This document shows, in pieces, positions 16,640 to 30,849 of a DNA stretch of 64,000 bases. Positions within the stretch are counted from its first letter, which is position 1; the number at the start of each line of letters is the position of its first letter. Location: assembly GCF_009914755.1 (NCBI RefSeq), contig NC_060925.1. One strand, written 5' to 3'. This DNA is from the human T2T-CHM13v2.0 reference genome, Homo sapiens. The notes below the pieces were generated by a model. The model searched no databases. It was not told where the DNA came from and was given only the letters and a program-made list of their open reading frames with translations. Both the position numbers and the translations under genes were made by a program.

Positions 16640-17240
16640 ATTGCAAGATGGGATAGGAGGCTGGAGAGGGGCATGTATGATAAAGAGTTCAGAATGTATG
16701 CTGTGGCTTTAGGAACCAGGGAAGGATCTTAAGCAGCTGAATGATAGGATCTGATTTGTGTTTTAGGAAGATCCTTGTAACTGTAGGGATGGAATAGATT
16801 AGAGGGGAGAGAGATACATGAGGAGACCTAAGAGTAGGGACTGAATATGAAGATGCCTAAACTAGGGCAATGAAGAAAAGAAGATGATTCTGACCAGTAC
16901 TTAGGAGGTAAAAACAGGGAAGATGTTGACTTACTGGATGTAGGGACTGGAGTAAAGAGTAAAAATTAAGATTGTCAATTTAGGGAGGTCTCTGGATAGT
17001 GGTACCATTCACTGAAACCAAAAGCAGGAGGAGGGCAGGTCTAGAGGAAGGTAAGTCCCATCTCAGACATGTTGAGCTTAAAGAGCCTATGGGACATCCA
17101 AGCAGAGCATCTTCTACGCAGTGTTGTACGTGGCTCAGATTGGAGGTACAGGCTGAGGGAATGAAACCAGAGTTTCAGAGATCACACATAGAGTGTGGAG
17201 AGAGGGAGAAGTGAATGATGACAAGGGCAATAGCTAACAT
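16640..17240 (-). mobile_element. L2 fragment
   Basis: ggatcttaagcag..atctgatttgtgttttaggaagat..ggtggtaccattcactga..gacatgttgagctt pattern. Confidence 0.6.
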
Positions 17241-17368
17241 CAGAGGCAACAGAATAGCGTGACTAAGAGCATGCATGGGGCTGTGGTATTACATAAGTCC
17301 CACACAGCCACTTACCTCGTAACCATGGGCAAACTAAGAACTTCTCTACGCCTCTGTTTCCTTACTTA

Positions 17369-17748
<380 letters not shown>

Positions 17749-19669
17749 TCATCTCTTCAACAAGTACTTATCTATCACACCTCAGCTTGTGTCTCTAGGT
17801 TTCTCTGAACAAGGCAAATATCTATATTACAGGCTCCCACAGCACTGTTGACCTCTTTTTGGTACAATTGCAATTTTACAATTGTACAAGTATGTTATTG
17901 CATCTGTTCTCTCACTAGACTGTTAGCTCCATAAGGACATGGATCTCATTGTATCCCTAGACCCCGGTATATTGCCTAGCACATGGAAGGCACTCAACAA
18001 ATATTTATTGGGCTAATAAATAAATATAACTGGAGTATCTATTGTGGATGATCACCAAGGACCTCACTGAGAGTAGTTACCATAGAATGGTGGGGATGAA
18101 ACTCAGGTTGCGATGAGTTAAGAAGTGGTTAGGAGGTAAAAAAGTATGGGCAGCAAGCAAGAGTCTTTGGAGCATCTTAGGTGAGAAGAGAAGGAGAAGA
18201 AAAGGCCATTAGTAAAAGGGTGCCATATGGAAGAGAGAGCTGGGTTGTTGATGCTGATGTTGCTGTAATATGGGAAAGACGTGGGAGTTGATATGCTGAT
18301 GGAGGAAAGCATGAGGAAGGGAAGGAGAAGATGCAGTAGAGAGGGAGAACTTGACAGTTTTCCCAGGGAACATAGGCAGGATTGGTATCAAAGCCCAGGA
18401 GAAGTGATTAGGCTAAAGTAGGAGGATGCCTGTTCCACTGAAACTGGAGGGAACAGGGAGGTGAGAGTAGATCCACAAGCTGAGGAAATTCATGCCTAAG
18501 GACTAAATTTCAGAGTGAAGGAGGAAGCAAGGCCACCTAGCAGAGAGAGGGGGACAGGAGATGGCGAGGCGGCTCAAGATAGTAAAATATTATTGAATTG
18601 TCTCTGTGGGAAAGAGGAGATGGAGCTGACCAAGAGCATGCGAAAGGATTGTTTAGTGGTGCTGAGATTGGAAACTGTGAATTTTTATTGGCACATATCT
18701 GCATGGTTTTGTGATTTTCCCCAGCTGTGCTTAGCCGCCTGAGTGTCTGAGACAAAAAGGAGAATAGTTGGGTTGTGGAGAAGGCAAAGGAAGTAAGAAG
18801 TTGAGTGTGTTGGCAAGATGGTGTTGAAGGTGCACAAGGGACCCAGGCTAGCATCCATGAGTGCGTGGTGGCTTGGGAGTTGGGAGAAGGGAAGAGGGAG
18901 GAGCAAGTTAAATGGATACAAGTCTTTGAGAGGGCTTGGGGGAGAGGGAGTTCCGTCACGGGTTCTACTTAGGTTGATGACAAGGATCTCCAGGAGGAAG
19001 TCAAGAACAGGAAAAAAAATAATAGGAGCTGAGGAGGTCAGGACAGTGATGGGCTTCGGGGAGAGAGGCAAGTGTGAAAGTCCTGGGTGAGTGTAGAGAA
19101 TGGTAGGTAACTGACAAGGTGGGCTGTAGCATGGTACTTGACCTCAAAGAGTCCAGAGGGTGGAGAAGCAATGAGCTGGAAGACACTGAGTCCACCGCCT
19201 GGCCTGAGGAGCATGGAGTTGGGAGAATAAACAGCCTGCAGTGGAGAGGACAGCAACTGAGTGGCAGCATCTCCAGGTTCCGGGGAAAGTGAGTAGAGAG
19301 AGTAAAGGGAGTATCTAGAGACTGCGGATGGAGAGGAGTTTATTGGCATGGTCCTCTGTCCCAGAGGTCATGCTGGGAAGGTAGTGGAGAGACATCAGTC
19401 GGAGCTACCTCCACCACTACCCTCTGTCCACTGCATCCCTCCCAGAACTGCCTGCATCTCTAGCCTGCCTTCCCCAACTTGATGTCCCTCCTCCTTCACT
19501 GACTCCCGACTCCACCCCACACACACATACCGCTCATCTCATCCATCCATCCATTCCTCTTCTTCCCACACTCCTCCTTAGTTCTCTCCTCTCCAGACCC
19601 TTCCCCTGCCCTGCCCCACCCCATCCGGCCTGAGTGAGCAGGAACCCCTGCACCTTCATTTCTCAGGTC

Positions 19670-20180
19670 ACTGCTTGGCTAATGGGCTATTAATTTGCTC
19701 AATCGTCCCCTGTGAGGCAAACTCAATTTCTGCCAGCCAGTCGTCCCTCCCTGTCGACAGCGTGATTGATTGGAGGAACAGCTGTCACCGCCCGGCTGCC
19801 TGCTCCCTGCCTCCTTCTCTCCGAGTCCACACCACCCCTCCTCCTCCTCCTCGGGCCGCCACCCTGCGCCCATAGAGGCAGCACACCCCTGCCACCTGCC
19901 CAAGGATCTGTCGCCAGCAATGAAAAATGACAGAAATATTTAAGGACAAATAAGGTTTCCCAACGCAATTGAAAATGATTACAGGCAGCTACAGATGGGG
20001 CCAATCTGATGCGCAGCAGCAAATCAAATCGAATTTCCTTATCGGCGTATTATTTTAGGCGTTATCTGGCACGTTGATGCAGTTATCAATTCAATTTCAG
20101 CCGCCGGTCCGCTGTTTACTGTCTCGCCTTTGCTGGGAAAAGGTAAACATGCTCAGCCCAGCAAATTAATTTCTGGCTGA
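19670..20180. promoter_or_regulatory. Putative developmental enhancer (conserved-non-coding-element-like)
   Basis: TGATTGATTG at 19763 with CTGTCA at 19782, many TAAT cores, CpGs retained, repeat-free. Confidence 0.55.
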
Positions 20181-21877
20181 AGCCAGAGGCTGCAAAGAAC
20201 TGCTACCCAGGACCCACTGCCCCCACCTTGGCCCCGGGCTACAGTGGGCCAGGCCAGCAGGGCCTGGGGCAGGCCAGAGCTCACCCAGGGAGCAGAAGCC
20301 CCACTATTTGCCTGCCCAAGTCTGGCCCCAGACCCAAGCAGGATTCAGAGCTCCTGGGAGGCTGAGGTGACCATTGTTGGCTCCGCCGCTGCTGCCAGGG
20401 AGAGGTGAAGGTCTCCCATTAATTCCCAGCTAAAAATGACAAATTCATCTTGGACGACAATTAAATGAAGTCAGTAATTGATGCTAATTGATCTCCAGAT
20501 GCAAGGGCTCCCCTCAGCCTTAGCAGCACGTGGCTGGCTGCTCACTCTCCCCACCCAGCCCTTTTCTTCCTCTACCTCCCTCTGCTGCTCTCATAGTCCT
20601 TGTTCCCTCCCTAGGGTTCTGGGTCTCTTAACCCCTCAGGTGTGAGGGAGGCAGCTGGCCTGGGATGTGCTAGCAGGCAGCGCCTGAGGCCAGGCAGCTG
20701 GCCCATTGCCCATCCAGCCCTGCAGGCACTTGTAATCAGTGCCCCACGGTCCACCCATCAGCCTAGAAAGCAGGTAACACTGCCCTCCTTGGCAGCTCAG
20801 GATTTATTGCCCACAGCTGCGGAGGTTCCCACTTCATTTTTATAAGCCCATCGTCAGAACCAGCAGGGGGTAAAGCACACTTGAAGTTACTTTCCTTTAA
20901 ACAGTACAGTCTTAGCATTTTGGCTGCATGGCAAGGAAGGCATGAGAGAGAGTGAAGTGTGTGTGCAGGCTAGGGAGAATAGGCAGGTATAGTGATAGGT
21001 GCTCAGGTGTTTGTCTAAATGCAAAAAAATACCCACACCGTGTGAGCACTTGTGTGTGCCAGTGCCAGCACAAGCATGTGTGTGTCCAGACACTTGAGAG
21101 GATGCATGTGCAGGTCCACATGTGGATATTTTCCAGAATCAGGCCCTTCACTGTAGTCTGTGAAGCCTAATCCCAGGGAACTCTGGGAGGCCCTGCCTGC
21201 CCCACCCTCCACTGGCCCAGCCCAACCCAGGGAGATGTCTGGAAGTTATTAGCTAAAGGAGAGAAACTGAATTGTAGCTCCACAAGAGGACAGAGGCTGT
21301 AGTTATGTTTGAAATAGCCAAGGTCATAGGTGTGAAACAGCTGTGGCCCCTGAAGCCCCGCCAGTCTCTGAACAGGTTGGCTGGTGCCTTTGGCCGGAGC
21401 AAAGGCTCATGGGGTCAAGGGTTTAGCTTCTATGACCAAGACTCAGTGAGCTTGCTTGTGCCTTGGCCTGGAGCCTTTGGCTCCAGCTTGAGCCCAAGTC
21501 TGAGCCTAAACCTGTCCATAGACTGACCTCACCTGGCTGTCTTGCAGATGTTTGCCACTGGCCACCCAGGAGCCATGTCTGGCTCAATCCAGGCACCTTC
21601 TATTGCTAGAGATGGTAAATAGCATGCATCACCATAGGAGTCAGGCTCTTGTACCTGGAGCTGGCAGGAGGCCATGTGGAATGGGCAGTGCCAACCTTGA
21701 GTTTCTGCAGGCAGAATGGAGGGAGAAGGAAAGATGGCAAGGGTATGTAGGCATGAATGTTTCACACCTGTGTATTATATCTAGGTATGTGTGTCACATG
21801 TAAGGAACCTCATGCTGTGTGAGAGGGTCTATACATGTCTTACAGAAAGAAGAGGAACAGATAAAAGCATATATAGG

Positions 21878-22183
<306 letters not shown>

Positions 22184-22309
22184 AGCATATATAGAAGGAT
22201 AGCTGACCAGACTAGACCAGAGTCAGGGTGGGACAAGGAATCAGAGAAAAACCCCATGGCATCTCCCAGCTGGCATCTGCCTCTTTGGGGATTTAGCGAG
22301 GTCAGTGAT

Positions 22310-22640
22310 TACTTATTCATTGATTCAAACAATATTTATTGATTTCTACTATTACTATGACTATTTTCTCACTTTGGGCTATGCACTCTGCTACATGCTG
22401 GGGCTGTAGCAGGGAACAAGTTAATTTTTGCCCTCAATAAATTTATAATCTAAAGAAGGTGATAGAATCATAACAGGCAATAATGACACTGTGACAAGGG
22501 CTGTGATAGAAGTAGCACAAGAGGCTTCGGGAACACAGAGGAGGCACCCAATACAGTCTGGAGGAGTCTGGGAAGGCCACGTGGAAGAAGGAACCCTAGG
22601 TTGCATCCTAAAGGATGAGGAAGAGTTAGCCAGGTTGTGC
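22310..22640 (-). mobile_element. L2 3' fragment
   Basis: attcattgattcaaacaatatttattga..gccctcaa..aggatgaggaagagttagccagg. Confidence 0.6.
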
Positions 22641-23359
22641 AACTAGCCCCTGTCCTATCCTTTTTGGTTGTTTAGCAAGCCCAAAGCAGAAACAAATAGG
22701 CCTATTGGGTTCCAAGTGACTCTGGAACTGCTGAAAATGTCACCTCTGCCCCACGGGCACCGGCCACTACCCTGGGGTCTGGGCAAGAGGGTGCACAGCT
22801 GTTCCCAGGACATCCCTGGGCACCAGAAGAAAGCATGGGCCACAGCTAAATACATATCTCTCCCCTGCCCGCCCTACCCCTACCTCCTCAACCAGGGATG
22901 CCTATTAATCCTGACAAATGATGACTTACGAACATGTAATGCAAACTGATTCATCATACATTCAAATCCGCTGCCCCGCCCCAGCGGGAGGCCCCAGCCA
23001 GACAAGTGTATTACACGGATAATGTATTTGACGTATTAATAAAACCAGCCGCATTGCTCTGGCCCGGAGACTGGGGAATGCCAATATACGATGACAGATC
23101 ACATATTGATGAAATCCAGATGTTTGGAATCATAGTCTTGGGGCCTCGTTCATATTGACTGAAGGTAAAAAATGCCATCTGTCAGCATGTTAACTCTTGC
23201 TGTCCCATACTCAGCAGAGGCGCCAATCATAGTTTTAAGAGAAGGAGGAAGGGACTGAGTGAGTGGAGAGTGGATGAGTAATTAGGTGGTTTGGATGGAT
23301 GACAGGTGGATGAACTGGAGGGTAGATGGTTGTGCTATGTATAAGATGAGTGGATGGGA

Positions 23360-24340
23360 TGCTTTTCATGCCTTATGTCCTTGACCTCTCAACAGCATTT
23401 GACCTTACTGAGGACAGTAGAGTCCTTGCAACTCTTCCTTTCTTGGCTTCAATGACATCACACTTTCCTTGTTTTCATTCTACCTCTTGGCTGTTCCTTC
23501 TTAGTCCTTGATGCCTTAAACTTCCTCTAACTGTAAACGAAGGTTCTGTTCCAGACACTCTTCCTAGTGTATTCTCTCTCCCTAGGTGATCTTGCCTACT
23601 CTGAACTTCATTCGTTTATTTATTCAATAAATATTTATTGAGCATTTACCACATGCCAGACATTGTTCCAGGCACAGAGGACACAGTGGTGAGCTTCGGT
23701 GCTCTATGTCAATGTCTCCCGGGTCTAGAACTCTAGCTCTGGCTCACATAGAGTGCCTACTCAGCATTTTCACATGAATGTCTAATAGTTCCTCAAGCTA
23801 AGTACATCCAAAACTCAACTCATTTTCTTCCTTACCAAGCTTGCTGCTCCTCCTCCCATTCCATAAATCAGTCAATGTTCTACCACCTAGAGGTTGCTCA
23901 AGCGAGAAACCTTAGAGTCATCCTTAACTCTTTTCTGTCCCTTAACTTCCACGTCCAATCCATCTGCCTCTGTTCATCTCCGGCATCGTCATGCTAGAGC
24001 AAGCCGCCATCGTCTCTCCCCTGAGTTAGTGAGATAACCTCCTAAACAGCCTTCCTGCACTTGCTCTTGCCCCTTAGACCACTGGCTACTTTGCAGTTAG
24101 AATAATCTTTTTTAAATACAAGTCTGATATATCACTCTCCTGTTTAAAACTCTCTGATGGCTTCTCATTGTATGTTTAAAAAAAATAACCAAAATCACTA
24201 ATGTAGTTTAAAAGTCCTCCAGGATGCACCCTCTCTATCATCATACCTCAGCACTCTGCCCCTCACTCTCTGTGCTCCAGCCACATTGGACTCTTTCCAG
24301 TTCCTCACTTAGGCTCTTTCTCCTGTATACCTTCAAATGT
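23360..24340 (+). mobile_element. L2 fragments
   Basis: ccttgacctctcaacagcatttgac..catccaaaactcaactc..ccttagagtcatcctt..ccagccacattgg. Confidence 0.6.
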
Positions 24341-24345
24341 GCTGT

Positions 24346-24648
24346 TTTCTTTTTTTTTTTTTTTGAGGCGGAGTCTCGCTTTGTCACCCAGGCTGGAGTG
24401 CAGTGGTGCAATCTCAGCTCACTGCAAGCTCCGCCTCCTGGGTTCATGCCAGTCTCCTTGCCTCAGCCTCCCGAGTAGCTGGGACTACAGGCGCCCGCCA
24501 CCACACCCAGCTAATTTTTTTTGTATTTTTAGTAGAGACGGGGTTTCACTGTGTTAGCCAGGATGGTCTCGATCTCCTGACCTCGTGATCCGCCCGCCTC
24601 GGCCTCCCAAAGTGCTGGGATTACAGGCATAAGCCACCACGCCCGGCC
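24346..24648 (-). mobile_element. AluY-like
   Basis: Full dimer; TSD aaatgtgctgttttct. Confidence 0.95.
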
Positions 24649-24762
24649 AAATGTGCTGTTTTCTATCTAGAGCACCACTTCCCCCAATCACTGTTTGACT
24701 GGTTCCCACGCATCCTTCAGCCTTCGCTGAATGTCACTTCCTTCACCTTCCAGACCAGATGA

Positions 24763-25083
<321 letters not shown>

Positions 25084-25759
25084 CCATGTACTTTTCTTTT
25101 CCTAAGACCACTCTGGGGACAATCGTTTCATGTTTCTATCCATTGTTAGGTCCTAAGCTCCCTGAGGGCAGAGAGTGCGCCTGTCTTCATTATTGTCTGG
25201 CATCTGTGCTATAGCGACCCCTAATGGGCATCCAGTAAACATCTGTGGAGTCATATTGAATCATTAGCTAGGTGAGTGGGTAGGTAGGTAGGTAGTTGGG
25301 TATTGTTCAGGTCTGGATTCAGACAGAACTGGATTTAAATCCCTGCTCTGAACTTTGTAGCTGTCACCACATTGTTCTGAGCCCCATTTTCCTCATCAGT
25401 GTGATAGAGACAGTAACACCTACCTCACAGAACTGCTGTAAGGATTAATGAGATAAAGTATGTGTAGTATTGACCTACAGCCAAATATATAATGATACTT
25501 GATAGACAGTTGTTGTTATTACAAATGGACAGATAATGGATAGATGATAGGTAGATGGACAGATGGATAAACCGACATATAAACCAATAACCAGATATAT
25601 GGGTAATGATGGATAGGAAGAAGGAACTCCATGGGGGCCAGAGGAGCTAGGGCCAGGGCACCTACTGAGTGGTAAAAGATCTGGATCATAGAAGGGAAGA
25701 AGGCCAGATATAGGCAAGGCAGGGCAGGTGTCAGGATGGGGCAGATATAGGCACAAACA

Positions 25760-25960
25760 ACAAACTTTGCTAGTGTGTTACTGGAGGCACTAATGACTCC
25801 TCACTTGTACACAGCCCTGATTTCACTGGATCTTCACAGAAGTCTTGGGAGTTAGATATCATTATCCCCATTTCACACAAGGAGAAATGAAGCTCAATAA
25901 CGTTAAGTGATTTGCCCAAGGTCACACAGCTAGCAAGAGGCAGCTCTGTTGAATTCTGCT
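25760..25960 (-). mobile_element. MIR
   Basis: attatccccatttcac..gttaagtgatttgcccaaggtcacacagctag. Confidence 0.75.
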
Positions 25961-28900
25961 TGAAGTTCCTGTTTCTTGGTCACTAGGAAATGGAAGTCTT
26001 TCCATTGCAGGGGTTGGGGTAGGACACACGTGTGTACACATGAACACACACATATACCCACACACATACTCTTAAAAGTCCCAGCCTCCATGGCCATCCG
26101 TCATTACAGTCACCCTCACCCTCATTTCAACCCTCCTCATCCCTGTCAGACACCAGTCGATCAAGCCATGCCTTTTGTGGTCTGTAGAGAAAAAATAGAG
26201 ATGGAATTTGTTGCTTGGACAAGCAGAGGCGAGAATGGAACTCTCATGCAAAAGAACTGGGACAAAACCAAACATGCCAAGCCAGAGAGGCAATCACACG
26301 GTGGGGAGCTGCAAGGCCAGACGTGGGTGAGTGGTCAAGGAGGGGAGGGCTTTCCCTTTGAACAAGACGCCCGACCTCTATATGTCCAATTCTGCACCAG
26401 GCTTCGCTGTGGAAGATGGCAGGGAAGGGGCAGGTTGTGCCGGCACTTGAGTTGCCTGTTCCCAATGGTCAACCATTCCCAACAGAGGGGGGCAGCAGAG
26501 GGCTGATCTAGGACCCCGGGTACCTGAGGCCTTGTTTCGAGGCGAGAGGGCTGGGCTGGCTGGAGCCTGGCCCAAGCTAGGAAGAGGGCTGCCTTGGCAT
26601 GACCTCTTCTCTCCTCCTCGACAGGCCTGTCCTTCGCAGCTTACCATCAGTCACTCCCTGTTGGAGCCTCACTGTTGTCCAGCAGGAAAGGTATTCTAGC
26701 AGCTCAGCAAGGAAAAGGGACTCTCTGGAGGTCATACAACTTAGGGAGCCTCCAGGCTGGGACCTGATTCCCCTGACTCCCGGTCCCTGCCTCTGCAGAG
26801 TCGCCTCCCTGCTCTTGGAGCTGGAGTTGCCCTGTGTAAGGCTGAGGATGGGGTCAGAGCCCCTCCCCTCCCTGCCCTCCTCCTGCTTGCAGGGATACCT
26901 GTGGCAAGCAGAGAAGTGGAGGTGGCAGGCACTCCGCGACTGGGGCGGTGGGGAGGGAGGTGCGGTAATGAATGTGGACGGGAGGCGGAATGAGCGATCC
27001 ATCTTTGCATGGGAGGGGAGGGGGCTGCGGGCGTTCCCCCCACGCACTCACACACTCAATCAGGCGCTGTCAGACCTCTGGCCGCCTGGCATTTTGGTGA
27101 AGAATCTCTCAGCTAAAAATTGTTGTCAGTCCCATTTCCTCGTTATCAGTGCAAGGGCTGAGGCAGCGCCCGGGGATTAGCAGGAACGGCAAGCGCCCGC
27201 ACCCGCCATCCTCTGCCGATAACACTGGGCCTCCCGCCTCACCTCCCCCATTCATCATCTTTAGCACTGACAGCCCATCCCAGTCCCTGTCCCCATCCCC
27301 ATCCCCTTGTGCTTCCCGCATATCCCCACTATGCTGCTCAGCCCAGCTCCTGACCTCCTGAGGGAGCGAGGCCTCCTGAGGAGGGACAGGATTCAACCAG
27401 GCCTGTGTGACCTAGACCCACATGTGGCAAAAGGGTTTGGCCAGCTTTTGGGGGTTGGGGAGTGTCATGAGCTGGAGAGAGGAACACTCGAGAGGATGCC
27501 TGCTGACAGCCTGCCTCTGGTGGGCTGGGCCTGCCCACCTGTGGTGCTGCCGGCAGTATTGGAGAAGGGATTCCTGCATCCAATGGGCAGCTGAACTAAG
27601 GATTCCAGGGGCCTCGCCAGCCTGAAATGGACTTCCAGATTCTGGGAGCTGTGGAAAGGAAGAGCCAGAGGATGCTTCCTCCCAAGCCTAGGAAGAGTAT
27701 GGGGTTGAGGGCTTCATTTCCACCCCAGCAAGACCACAGCCCCCTCGTCTTGGCCATCCCCAGCGGTTTTTATGGCCCGTTTTATGGCCACTGTAATGGC
27801 CCAGGTCAAAAGCTTCAGGGAGCTGTATTCTGGGAATTATGCAAACGAGGAGCAGGCCCAGGGCCAGAGTATGGATTTTGTCATTAAACCTGGGCAGGCC
27901 ATGTCGTTAGTGCAGTAAAACCCACGTCATGACCACAGGTCTCAATATAAAATTATAGAGAACACAGCGGGGGAGGGGACACAGGGGGCCCATGGCCATG
28001 CTGACACTTGCCACTCTAACCCCTGAGAAAATGGGGGTGGGATGGAGGGCAGAGGCTGCAGAGTCCCTTTGCTGATCCCTGCCAATGCTATTCCTGAAGC
28101 TTGGAGGCAGGAAGAGGGCCTGTTGTCCTGATAGGGAAACTGGGGCCAAGCTCAGAAAAGTAGAATGTCCCTGTGGCAGCAAAGCAGATGAACTGAGTAC
28201 AGGTATGTGGGAATGCTGACGCCTGGTCCCCATGCTTGGAGTGAGACATCTGGGCTCCAGGAAGCCCTAAGAACCAGACTTGGTGTACCAGGCTAATGGG
28301 GGCTGAACCCCTGATATTTCCAGCTCAGCTCAGACCCCATGTCTGGGATCCACCTCTTTCTCCATTCTCCTGTCTTACCATTGCCCCCTTCAGACTCCAG
28401 TCCCTGCCTCAATTATCTGTTCCAGCAACCTGTCAACTCCCTTACTCACTCCTCGTGCCTCCCACTGAGCATCACCTCGCCCACAGATCCTGCCAACCTT
28501 GCTGGCCCCTTCCCACCCTCCCACAAATCCTTCATATCCTCCTCATAGTTCTCACCAGCACTGACTGCAGTCACGGGCTCTCTTTTTGCCTTTCCTACTA
28601 ATTTGTGTTCTCCTCGAGGCCAAGGATGCATTATATTTATCTCTGAGCTCCAGTTTCTCCTAGAATAATACCTGACGTAGAATAATTGTTAAATGTTTGC
28701 TGAGTGAAAGAATGAAGTAGTGAAATCAAAAGCCGAGTACAGAGGTCTGTGTCCCATTCTGAGCCTCAATTGCCCTAGCTGTAAATAAAATGGCCTGGAG
28801 AATGTCTAGGGTCTTGTTCACCTGTGAGATTCTCTGGCTAACTGAAGGCAGGAGCAGAGCTGAGACTGGACGCCTCATCTCCCACCTCCCAGACCTGGGC

Positions 28901-29472
28901 CACATCTGCTGCTGTTACTCAGAGCTTCCCTCCAGCTGTCCCCGAGCATCCGAGGCACAGCCACCTGATCAGTAGGACTTCCTCCCCTCCTCAGAGACCT
29001 TGCCACACGGACTGAAGCCTCCTGGATGGCTGGAGCTGCTGTCCCAGCCCTCCAAAGGTTATCTGGCTTCTAGGACAGTCTGTTCTTCATCCCCACCTTT
29101 CTTCTCCCCCTTTCTCTTTTCCTCTCTTTTGCTTCATCATGGAGCATCTAGGCTATGCCAGACCTGATATAAATTGTCTATAAATATAAAGATAGATAAG
29201 AAATGGTCTGTCCCACAAGGAACTCACAACTTATTCATTAACTCGTTCAATTGCCTGATATACTTCTAAGGTACAGCTTAAATTTCACTTCTTTGGTTAA
29301 ACCTTCTCTTTTTTCCAGTCCTCAAAACTCACAGCCAAACGAAGAATTCCTCCTTCGTTTTAGCCCTCAGATGACTCTATCTGGGCATCCAAGGGAGCCG
29401 TAATCATCCTCAGTCTGGTGTCAAAGGGAGGTGGGTTTTGTGCTCAGCCTGAACTTGAGGCTTCCTCAAGTA

Positions 29473-29689
29473 CAAGGTTGCTAGATTTAGCATATAAAAA
29501 TATGGGACATCCAGGTAAATTTAGAAAATTAGAAAATATGGGACATCCAGGTAAATTCTAGAAAATGATAAATAACTTTTAGTATAAGTATGTCCCATGT
29601 AGTACTTGGGACATGCTTATACAAAAAAAAAAATTTATTATCTGAAATTCAAATTGAACTGGGCATCCTGTGTGGAATCTGGCAACCCC
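29473..29689. mobile_element. MER3-like hAT-Charlie MITE
   Basis: Terminal inverted repeats caaggttgctagat/atctggcaaccc and palindromic centre gtataagtatgtccca..tgggacatgcttatac. Confidence 0.75.
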
Positions 29690-29824
29690 ACTTAGGCAAC
29701 CATCTTGCTCATGTCTGGCATGGCCTTTATCTCTCTGAAAGCTGATTTTGACCCCCTCCAGGAACCAGTGGGAAGAAGAAGAAGGAAGGAAAATCTGGGC
29801 TCAAACTAAAGTCCTTTGTGCAGT

Positions 29825-30364
29825 CAGAGCATCCATGGATATGCAGGGATGTTTCTAGATTAATAGGGCTCCTCAACCCCACACCTGTAAGCAGAGGCCA
29901 CAGAGCATCCATGGATATGCAGGGATGTTTCTGGATTAATAGGGCTCCTCAACCCCACACCTGTAAGCAGAGGCCACAGAGCATCCATGGATATGCAGGG
30001 ATGTTTCTAGATTAATAGGGCTCCTCAACCCCACACCTGTAAGCAGAGGCCACAGAGCATCCATGGATATGCAGGGATGTTTCTAGATTAATAGGGCTCC
30101 TCAACCCCACACCTGTAAGCAGAGGCCACAGAGCATCCATGGATATGCAGGGATGTTTCTAGATTAATAGGGCTCCTCAACCCCACTCCTGTAAGCAGAG
30201 GCCACAGAGCATCCATGGATATGCAGGGATGTTTCTGGATTAATAGGGCTCCCCAACCCCACACCTGTAAGCAGAGGCCACAGAGCATCCATGGATATGC
30301 AGGGATGTTTCTGGATTAATAGGGCTCTTCAACCCCACACCTGTAAGCAGAGGCCACAGAGCAT
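29825..30364. repeat. 76-bp minisatellite (VNTR), about 7.1 copies
   Basis: Units start at 29825, 29901, 29977, 30053, 30129, 30205, 30281 and 30357 (partial); near-identical. Confidence 0.97.
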
Positions 30365-30411
30365 TGTGTGTCTCCACAAGTGGCAACAGAGGCGGTTTAA
30401 ACATCCCAGCC

Positions 30412-30849
30412 GGCCAGGTGTGGTGGCTCATGCCTGTACTCCTAGCACTTTGGGAGGCCAAGATGAGAGGATCACTTGAGGCCAGGATTCGAAACCAGCC
30501 TGGTCAAAATAATGAACCCATCTCTATAAAAAAAATAAATAAATAAGGCCAGGCGCAGTAATCCCAGCACTTTGGGAGACCAAGGCTGGCAGATGACTTG
30601 AGGCCAGGAGTTTGAGACCAGCCTGACCAACAAGATGAAATCCCATCTCTACAAAAAATACAAAAATTAGCCAAGTGTGGTGGCACATGCCTGTAATCCC
30701 AACTACTCAGGAGGCTGAGGCAGGAGAACCACTTGAACCCAGGAGGCAGAGGTTGCAGTGAGCCAAGATCACGCTACTGTACTCCAGCCTGGGCAACAGA
30801 GCAAGACTCTGTCTCAAATTAATTAATTAATTTAAAAAAGAAAAAAAAA
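30412..30849 (+). mobile_element. Alu left monomer (30412-30545) followed by a near-full Alu (30547-30849)
   Basis: Two ggccagg starts with A-rich tails. Confidence 0.88.

Noticed and set aside
26577-27180. Overlapping 156-193 aa ORFs
   Set aside because: GC-rich chance ORFs with no recognisable domain and no exon structure.
29825-30364. CRISPR-like array
   Set aside because: Units are contiguous near-identical 76-mers without unique spacers, there are no cas genes, and the context is eukaryotic. It is a minisatellite.
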